64,000 nt of DNA from a virus: the IMG/VR virus record IMGVR_UViG_3300025133_000033, one strand, 5' to 3'. Below are positions 57,433 through 64,000 of this stretch, in pieces. A model generated the notes under the pieces. That model was not told where the DNA came from. It made no database searches and saw only the letters and a program-made list of their open reading frames with translations. Position 1 is the stretch's first letter. Each line of letters opens with the position of its first letter. A program made the translations under genes and the position numbers.

Positions 57433-57533
57433 TAAGCCACCTCCAATTCAGGTTGAGCCTCGAATAGCTTGGTAAAGGTATCCTTTTTCAATTTATCCAG
57501 CCACCTACCTCCGCAATCTTGACAGTAAAACAT
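57432..57533 (-). CDS. 33 aa chimeric leader ORF
   Basis: MFYCQDCGGRWLDKLKKDTFTKLFEAQPELEVA, with GGAGG RBS and TAATG overlap. Confidence 0.5.
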   Translation of the reverse strand: MFYCQDCGGRWLDKLKKDTFTKLFEAQPELEVA

Positions 57534-57674
57534 TACCTACCTCCAATGAATAAAGTATCCCAATCCGCTCCGACCTCGTTGCCTTATACTTTCCCGATTA
57601 AAAATCTTCCAGTATAAAGCTGGGGCAATCACCCCCCTTCCATCATCTAGCTCAGGAGCTAGACTAGCTACTAA

Positions 57675-58520
57675 TTAAGTAGCGTGGATTTCATCGCAGT
57701 CATAAATTCTATACTCACATACCCCAATACCTGAAGGATTAGGAAATCCTCTTCTATTGTTTGCGATTTGCATATTTATCTCATGACTGCGATGCCTATT
57801 CTTTTCTTTATAATGTTCAGTCCTTAACTCTTCATGATGATTCATTGACGAAATCAAGGGATGCCCCTCGATTTGATGGATAATATACAACTGATTCAAT
57901 CTCACGTACATATCGTTGTCTTCCCATCCCCATCCCTCCATTAGCTCGTCATACCCTCTTACCGCTAAAAAGGCAGTCATGGTCATAGCCATAGCACATT
58001 TACCCGACATTAAAACATCTTTGATATGATTAATGGCAGATATATCTGTAGCTCTCTCTCCCTCGCTATAAATAGCTTCTCCTGCCGCATACATAGTGCC
58101 TCCAAGACCATACTTAGAGCAATACCAGTCTACAGGATTAACTACGTGTGCTCTATCGTATCGTATAGGCTTAGTAATATTATACAGCCAAAGAGGTTCT
58201 ACTAATGTATCGGCATCTGAAAAGTTAATGATATTAGCATCTGCCAACATAACCCCACAATTCCTTGCCCTAGACAAGTTAAAGTAATCGGTTTTATCCT
58301 CTACTTTTATTACTCGTAAATTGGGCAAGGGATTGCGATGGAAATATTCAAATGTACCGTCAGGACAACCATAATCTACAAGCACCACTCTATAGGTAAA
58401 TGTATCCCTAGTGTCTTGGCTGCACATTTTCGGCAGCGTATCTTTAAGGTAGTCCAGTCTACCTTTACACGTAACAACAATAGCTACATCTTTAGTAGGC
58501 TCGGGCGTATTTGACTCCAT
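57675..58520 (-). CDS. GT2/GT7C glycosyltransferase, copy 1
   Basis: Same motifs as copy 2; DAD. Confidence 0.88.
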   Translation of the reverse strand: MESNTPEPTKDVAIVVTCKGRLDYLKDTLPKMCSQDTRDTFTYRVVLVDYGCPDGTFEYFHRNPLPNLRVIKVEDKTDYFNLSRARNCGVMLADANIINFSDADTLVEPLWLYNITKPIRYDRAHVVNPVDWYCSKYGLGGTMYAAGEAIYSEGERATDISAINHIKDVLMSGKCAMAMTMTAFLAVRGYDELMEGWGWEDNDMYVRLNQLYIIHQIEGHPLISSMNHHEELRTEHYKEKNRHRSHEINMQIANNRRGFPNPSGIGVCEYRIYDCDEIHAT

Positions 58521-60304
58521 TAAGCTACCGCCAATTCAGGTTGAGCCTCAAATAGCTTGGTAAAGGTATCCTTTTCCAATTTATCCAGAGACAGATCAAC
58601 ATCTGCTTCATCAGCTTCGTCAACAAACTGAACACCCAGATCCAACAGTAGCTCGTTAAAGCTAAGAGGATTAGACCATTGCTGGTATAGTGCATTGATA
58701 GCTTGCTGTGGGTTACGACCAGACACTCTCGCGTGACCTGCACCAAAATTCAATAGCACAAAGGCATGTTGCTTTACACCTCCAAGCTTAGGAGGCAGTA
58801 ACATTCCAACTACAGTTTGTTTTTGTACAGAATTACACTTAACTTCCATAAACAGGTTGTTAGGGTTCATCATGTACTTCATATTAATACGATCTCCACG
58901 ACCGACAATGATCTTGTAGCCCGCATCAGGATTACCGCTATACACGTTATTCATGATCAGGTATGCCTGAGACAAACCCTCCGATGAATATAGGTATTCT
59001 ACCGCACCATCTGGAGCATTAGTAATATCTCCAGAATACGCTAGAACATCATCGCTATAGCTAGAGTTCCATCCAATCTTACCTCCCTGAACATCCAATG
59101 CCGACAGGTCATGATCGTTAGCACCCCAATCATTACGCCAGTATACTCCGCAGGCCAATCTCTCACCATAGAACTTAGTTCCAGTTGGGACATTTCCCAC
59201 GAACATCTTTTCAGATGTAGGTATAGCATACTCTACGTCACGAGGCAATAAGACCTTAGTACCAGTCAAATCGAATCTCAGCTTAAGGTAATCGTACAGA
59301 ATACCAAAGTTAGTCACAGGAATAACAACCGAACTAGTTGCTTTGTCTGCAATCCAACTCTTACCATTTCTAATTCTGTAAACAAAATCAGTCTGGCGAC
59401 CCATACGATTATAGCACGCAGTAAGTGCCTTGAACAACGCAAACGGAGTCGCATTGTCCAACCAGTGTCTATCTGCATCTGTCAGCTTACGCTGAGTTAC
59501 CAAGTTCAGAGGGTTAGTCACAAGAGGCTTATGGTTGCTCTTGGACAGCTTACTGATCTTGTTAATTACTTTAGGACATTGACCCTTGAACGCTAGGAAT
59601 AAAGGCTTAAATCTATTGAAGATTTCCGCCAGCTTACCAAGACCAAAGCTTTTTAGTTGAGCCGCAGGATTAAAGTTAGTATCTTTAATCTTAGCGATCA
59701 TCTCTGGACTCTTAATCAGCAGGGACTCTCCAGTCGCTCTGAAGAGAATGTAACGAAAAAACTCCATTGTATCTGTAGGTAAGATACCATACATATCGGC
59801 AATCTTAATGATAGCCTCCTTGTTCTTGATACCTTCCTTGCCAGTAAACGAGTAGTCTAGCTCGTCAACAAGCACCGACAGTACGTCGTTAATTGTTTCT
59901 TCTGTTAAAGCAATACCGCTTTGCAACATACCAAGACACTTCTTAGTCATCGCAGTCTTGCAGTACGATTTAATAACCGTATACTTTAACTCCAGACCAG
60001 GAACCTCAAGTTCCTCGTCAGGGATGTATATTTCTCCCTTAAGGTCAGTACCATAGGTAGACAGATAGTGTCTGATCTGCTCGACCAACAACTCGTAACG
60101 AGACGAGCTGATCACCTTCTCCCATGACTTATGGAAGGTTTTGTTCAGATCATTACCGCTCAGCTTTTGCTCAGCATAAAATGCTACAATATTATCCTTA
60201 GCCCACATAGCATCAGACTGGATAACATACCCTTCGTCAGATACGAATACTTCTGCCTTAGATGGCTTAGCAATAACAGCATTAAACAACTTCAGTGTCT
60301 TCAT
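58520..60304 (-). CDS. Large helical protein with C-terminal TerD-like domain (594 aa)
   Basis: GVYW..DHDLSAL..IGWNS..YSGDITNAPDGAVEYL; start reassigned to MKTLKLF. Confidence 0.65.
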   Translation of the reverse strand: MKTLKLFNAVIAKPSKAEVFVSDEGYVIQSDAMWAKDNIVAFYAEQKLSGNDLNKTFHKSWEKVISSSRYELLVEQIRHYLSTYGTDLKGEIYIPDEELEVPGLELKYTVIKSYCKTAMTKKCLGMLQSGIALTEETINDVLSVLVDELDYSFTGKEGIKNKEAIIKIADMYGILPTDTMEFFRYILFRATGESLLIKSPEMIAKIKDTNFNPAAQLKSFGLGKLAEIFNRFKPLFLAFKGQCPKVINKISKLSKSNHKPLVTNPLNLVTQRKLTDADRHWLDNATPFALFKALTACYNRMGRQTDFVYRIRNGKSWIADKATSSVVIPVTNFGILYDYLKLRFDLTGTKVLLPRDVEYAIPTSEKMFVGNVPTGTKFYGERLACGVYWRNDWGANDHDLSALDVQGGKIGWNSSYSDDVLAYSGDITNAPDGAVEYLYSSEGLSQAYLIMNNVYSGNPDAGYKIIVGRGDRINMKYMMNPNNLFMEVKCNSVQKQTVVGMLLPPKLGGVKQHAFVLLNFGAGHARVSGRNPQQAINALYQQWSNPLSFNELLLDLGVQFVDEADEADVDLSLDKLEKDTFTKLFEAQPELAVA

Positions 60305-60326
60305 GATCCTGGTCCTCGATAAAAAA

Positions 60327-60713
60327 GGTGGAGAGTAAAGTTTGGCAGGCCCGTTCCCCGAGGGGTGGGCCAATCAGTGAAAATAGGAACTCTCGTTACC
60401 CGTTCGTTTCCTTGTTTTATTAAAGTGATGGAGAGTAAATTAAGGCGGGGTTACCGCCAGTTTTCATAGATAGGAACTCTCTTTACCACTCCTTCAATTG
60501 TACTATTTGTTTCGTATAAAGCAACCCCTAAAAATAAAAAGATGGAGAGTAAAATCTGACATATATATAGGAACTCTCTTTATCTTTTGTTGTTTTAGAA
60601 AGGCGGGAAGTAAGGATTCGCCATTGAAAAGAATAGGAACTTCCGGTGCCCATTGGTTAAAAAGGCGGGGGATAAGGTACTTACAATAGTTATATATAGG
60701 AATCCCCGTTGCC
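60327..60713 (-). repeat. Array of five covarying RNA hairpin units
   Basis: Units at 60327-60400, 60425-60489, 60541-60584, 60602-60650 and 60664-60713; invariant TAA...ATAGGAA on the + strand. Confidence 0.85.
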
Positions 60714-60884
60714 GTTATACTCTACGACTCGTTGGTTGGTTGTGATTCTCTTAACTCTTCCAACCATTGCATAAGCTTTTCTACCTTTTCTTCTGTAGTC
60801 TCTTCTTTTTTAGTTGACATTAGCCTTCACTTTTGCCTCCACCTTGATTTCAGTGATGCATGTAAAACTTATCCAAAAAATGAG

Positions 60885-60959
60885 CGACCCCAACCGGAAT
60901 CGAACCGGCAACCTCTAGATCGACAGTCTAGTGCTCTAACCTGATTGAGCTATGAGGCC
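60885..60959 (-). tRNA. tRNA-Asp(GTC)
   Basis: Loop CTGTCGA. Confidence 0.9.
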
Positions 60960-61115
60960 AAATTATTAGTGGAAGTAAAAATCGCTTACAACTTCTTCTT
61001 CTACATACTTCTTTATATATATACGCTAGGATGAACCAACTTGTTAGGTATCTCATACATAAGACAAAAAGCCCTATGCCTAGCGTAAGTCTCAAAATAT
61101 AACTCCAATATTTCT

Positions 61116-61388
61116 TTAGTCAACATAAGGCTCTGCCACTGTAATACACTTTGATGTATCTTCGTAACTTGAACCAGCAGTCATCGCACCAGGACTCTCA
61201 ACGCCACTATAGTAGTAACTTTGATTGATGCTACTAATACCCTGTGACACATTCTCAAACTCATTAATGACAGCAGTACGAACACTGTTCAAACCAGTCA
61301 CCAAACCTGCGACTAGAATACCACTCACCATAATATATTCAGCGGATATGATGCCGCCAATTTCATCAGCCCATAGTTTTCTCAACAT
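61116..61388 (-). CDS. Flp (type IVb) pilin-like protein
   Basis: LWADEIGGIISAEY followed by a hydrophobic helix; INQSY. Confidence 0.75.
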   Translation of the reverse strand: MLRKLWADEIGGIISAEYIMVSGILVAGLVTGLNSVRTAVINEFENVSQGISSINQSYYYSGVESPGAMTAGSSYEDTSKCITVAEPYVD

Positions 61389-61427
61389 AATTGATCTCCT
61401 ATTTTCATAAAATTTACCCTTTATAAG

Positions 61428-61501
61428 TCTGGATGAAAGGAGTTGAACCTTCGACCCCTTGGTCCCAAACCAAGTGCTCTACCAAGCTGAGCTACATCCA
61501 G
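61428..61501 (-). tRNA. tRNA-Pro(TGG)
   Basis: Loop TTTGGGA. Confidence 0.92.
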
Positions 61502-61506
61502 TCAAG

Positions 61507-61580
61507 CATGTGCGGCAGGAATCGAACCTGCAACCGGCAGTTTTGGAGACTACTGCTCTCCCTAATTGAGCTACGCACAT
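61507..61580 (-). tRNA. tRNA-Trp(CCA)
   Basis: Loop CTCCAAA. Confidence 0.9.
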
Positions 61581-61652
61581 ATACAACAGCTTATTCTACA
61601 CCAACTGTACCATCCGATGTACCGTTTGTCAGCATTTAAATTCCAAAAAAAG

Positions 61653-61724
61653 TAGGGACAGAAGGATTCGAACCCTCAATGTCTGGTTAGAAGCCAGAAG
61701 TGATTTCCATTTCACCATGTCCCC
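61653..61724 (-). tRNA. tRNA-Arg(TCT)
   Basis: Loop CTTCTAA. Confidence 0.9.
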
Positions 61725-61803
61725 TCAGTATGTCCTTAATTATACACCATGTTTTCCAAAAAGAGATAGAAAAGAATAGGGGCCGAAACCCCCATCCTAG
61801 TGG

Positions 61804-62046
61804 CTACTTCAAGGCACTCTCCATGTCTCTTTTCACCTTTTCTCCACAAGCCTTAATATCATCCATCTCGGTCTTAAGACCAGCGACCTCTTTCTCCACT
61901 TCCTTCATTCCAGCCTTAAAACTAGGCAGAACTTTACCGGCGTTACGGGCCAGTTTAGGAAGGGCACTTGCTCCGAACAGCAGAACCACAATTCCACCTA
62001 TGATCAAGAGTTCAGTTACTCCAGGCATAGCGAATGCAAACATCAC
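61804..62046 (-). CDS. tatA: Twin-arginine translocase subunit TatA
   Basis: PGVTELLIIGGIVVLLFG..LPKLAR..GK....FK.GM. Confidence 0.9.
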   Translation of the reverse strand: MMFAFAMPGVTELLIIGGIVVLLFGASALPKLARNAGKVLPSFKAGMKEVEKEVAGLKTEMDDIKACGEKVKRDMESALK

Positions 62047-62594
62047 TTGTCCTCCACATTAATTACCATTGCTGGCGGGGTTGAAAGTTTAAGTGGCTTA
62101 TCGCAGAGCATATATGTGCCTGCCCACTCAACGTAAGTTCCATCAGTTGTAAAGAAGAAAATAGCATCCCCATTCGATCCGTATGAACCATCTAAGTCAG
62201 GAGATGCCACTACCTGCGTATGAAGTCCTCTTTCAAAATTACTCGTTTCAATAATCTGCTCGGGAGTGGTCAATAAGGAGTTTACCGAACTCACCTTGCC
62301 TTTAACAGTATAAAATGCCATTACCTTTCCATAGTCAACCAGATAGATATAGGACACTTTTGAATCTACATTAAATCGCCTAAGTCTCTCAATCAGGTTC
62401 TTTCGTTCCTGCGATGCTTTTAACAACGGAGGAGGAGTCGTCTTTAAGTGGACTGTCTGTTGAGCCTCAGTCTTTTGCTGTTCGGCCAACTGGGTCTGTG
62501 CTTTTCTTTCATTAGAGCATCCTGAGCTAAGAGTAAAAGCAACCGCAAAGCCAAAAGCAAACACTATCACCCACACAATGTGTAATTTCTTCAT
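62043..62594 (-). CDS. Lipoprotein
   Basis: Signal peptide with LSSGC lipobox. Confidence 0.75.
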   Translation of the reverse strand: MKKLHIVWVIVFAFGFAVAFTLSSGCSNERKAQTQLAEQQKTEAQQTVHLKTTPPPLLKASQERKNLIERLRRFNVDSKVSYIYLVDYGKVMAFYTVKGKVSSVNSLLTTPEQIIETSNFERGLHTQVVASPDLDGSYGSNGDAIFFFTTDGTYVEWAGTYMLCDKPLKLSTPPAMVINVEDK

Positions 62595-62603
62595 TACTTT
62601 TCC

Positions 62604-63068
62604 TTATTCAGTAGGGATTGATTCGGGCAGTGTTACATCTCCTGCCTTAAATATTGATCTGTTGACCATACGAGACCTAGCATTGTACTCAGCCGCCAGA
62701 TCTGCCTTCTGCTGCTTTAGACCCATCGCCACGCTCGATAGTCGAGCAGACTCCTCACGGTCCTCACGGTGCCAATCAGGGCGAGGTCCAGCGTCCTCTT
62801 TAAATTGTTCAACAACTTTATCTGCCTGGACGATCTTGGTATCAATAGCACCAATATCTTCATGGCGTTGCTTGAACCATTCATAATTGTAGATTACATT
62901 ATCGGCATCAATTGTCTTGTTGATAATATTAGCCCCTTGCCTAAAGGGATTAGCAACAAATCCAATACCTCCAATAACAATAGAGAAGAACACTACAAAG
63001 CCAATAACCTTCCACATTAACGCTCCAGGTCCACGTTCCGCAGCACTTTCCCATTTATTCCAACTCAT
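62604..63068 (-). CDS. Membrane-anchored coiled-coil protein
   Basis: TM segment; NYEWF..AEYNARS. Confidence 0.7.
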   Translation of the reverse strand: MSWNKWESAAERGPGALMWKVIGFVVFFSIVIGGIGFVANPFRQGANIINKTIDADNVIYNYEWFKQRHEDIGAIDTKIVQADKVVEQFKEDAGPRPDWHREDREESARLSSVAMGLKQQKADLAAEYNARSRMVNRSIFKAGDVTLPESIPTE

Positions 63069-63141
63069 ACTTTCTCCTTCTTTTGTTTTGTTTAACCTAC
63101 TCTTTGCTAAATTGTACTTTACAAACGCAGAAAAATTGTCG

Positions 63142-63546
63142 CTACCATGATACCTTCATATCAATCCAGCTACGCACCCCTATCCCATCGTGACCGTATG
63201 CTAGCTGACACTCTAACTCTGTCTCTTGACAGGCATCCCAAACTAAGGCAGCTACCCCTCTCAACTCAGTAGGATGCGAGATAACATAGTAAAGGTCTGC
63301 TACCTCATAGTCTCTTTCGGGACGAAGACGCATAACCCTGGTAGAGCATCTGCCTATCCTCGCTTCCATTAAGCATTGATTAGGAAGATTATCAATAATT
63401 CCTTGGGCTAAAATCCTATGCTTAGCCTCAGTTAGCCTTCTTTCCTTCTCCTTACGCTGAACAACCAGCTCCTTGATATGCTTATCGTTCTCAACTGCCT
63501 CTTGAGTTGTTGCTTGTAGATGTTCTAGATTGATTTCAACTTTCAT
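63142..63546 (-). CDS. Hypothetical protein
   Basis: 134 aa. Confidence 0.6.
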   Translation of the reverse strand: MKVEINLEHLQATTQEAVENDKHIKELVVQRKEKERRLTEAKHRILAQGIIDNLPNQCLMEARIGRCSTRVMRLRPERDYEVADLYYVISHPTELRGVAALVWDACQETELECQLAYGHDGIGVRSWIDMKVSW

Positions 63547-63728
63547 TTAATCTCAACCTCCACTGCGGGTCGAGCATTTCTTCCTATTCGTCGTTTCAGA
63601 ATAGCTTTCACTTTGTCCTTCGTTAGTCGCTCGCCCACGTTCCATTCCACAGTATTAAGAATCTTCAGAATCTTATAGGGAGCGGAAGCATGACTGTCTT
63701 CTTTAAGAAAGAGCTTTTGAGTTTTCAT
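63543..63728 (-). CDS. Hypothetical protein
   Basis: 61 aa coupled ORF. Confidence 0.5.
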   Translation of the reverse strand: MKTQKLFLKEDSHASAPYKILKILNTVEWNVGERLTKDKVKAILKRRIGRNARPAVEVEIK

Positions 63729-63937
63729 GCTAATAGCTCCATTGCTGCGTCCGTGAACTCCAATTCGCCATCAACTCGCTTGGTATAACGATTGAGCAGA
63801 CTACTCTTATTCTCACTAACCCAATGCTTAAAGTGCTGAGATAAGAGCAATACCTTTGCCTCATCACCATTAGGGGGAAAGGCTTGCTTTTGTAAAAAAC
63901 GAAACCTACGTCTTAATGTGCCCTTGCTGATCTTCAT
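63725..63937 (-). CDS. Hypothetical protein
   Basis: 70 aa with GGAGG RBS. Confidence 0.55.
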   Translation of the reverse strand: MKISKGTLRRRFRFLQKQAFPPNGDEAKVLLLSQHFKHWVSENKSSLLNRYTKRVDGELEFTDAAMELLA

Positions 63938-64000
63938 GCTTTATGCCTCCATTTCAATTTTGTACATAACAAAGTTAGAAGTCTTTTTAACGATAGGATA

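Larger units (their letters stand above)
56532..58588. repeat. Tandem duplication of ~970 bp (56532-57500 and 57614-58588)
   Basis: Near-identical flanks and gene ends; includes the last ~70 nt of the upstream gene. Confidence 0.92.

Noticed and set aside
56593-58520. Diversity-generating retroelement template and variable repeats
   Set aside because: Differences are not adenine-specific and no reverse transcriptase is in the window.
60304-60373. 617 aa start (MAHPSG) for the TerD-like gene
   Set aside because: The extension runs through RNA unit 1; the ATG at 60304 has an AGGA RBS.
60327-60713. CRISPR array or TIGR array
   Set aside because: Units covary rather than repeat exactly, inserts vary widely in length, and no cas or Nop-domain gene or box C/D motifs were seen.
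5-63150. Plus-strand ORFs in the ORF track
   Set aside because: They are antisense shadows of minus-strand genes or tRNAs with no recognisable motifs; the exception is the HNH relic at 55872.
1-64000. Stop-codon reassignment
   Set aside because: Conserved genes are full length in the standard code, TAG and TGA both act as stops, and no clean suppressor tRNA was found.

Overview
A 64 kb segment of a large dsDNA phage genome, with essentially all genes on the minus strand and the standard genetic code. The host is probably a Planctomycete (inferred from a Flp-like pilin, TatA and small secreted proteins). Contents: (i) a papain-like peptidase/holin membrane cassette; (ii) nucleotide metabolism genes (class II RNR NrdJ, dCMP deaminase, ThyA, GMP reductase, dUTPase) and a ClpP-like protease; (iii) three tRNA clusters (about 21 apparently intact tRNAs plus degenerate ones), tmRNA, a GGQ peptidyl-tRNA hydrolase and several unexplained structured RNAs; (iv) a ~15 kb glycan synthesis/modification cluster; (v) RuvB, a RuvA-domain protein, rIIA/rIIB, a sigma factor and SSB. 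Three observations stand out. First, three Tat-signal proteins appear to carry fragments of virion structural proteins, in a genome that also encodes TatA. Second, a free-standing copy of the 23S rRNA GTPase-associated centre (H43-H44), with a ~96 nt insertion, lies in the tRNA array. Third, five covarying RNA hairpins with variable inserts sit directly upstream of a 594 aa TerD-like protein. All homology calls come from motif recognition or recall, not database searches.
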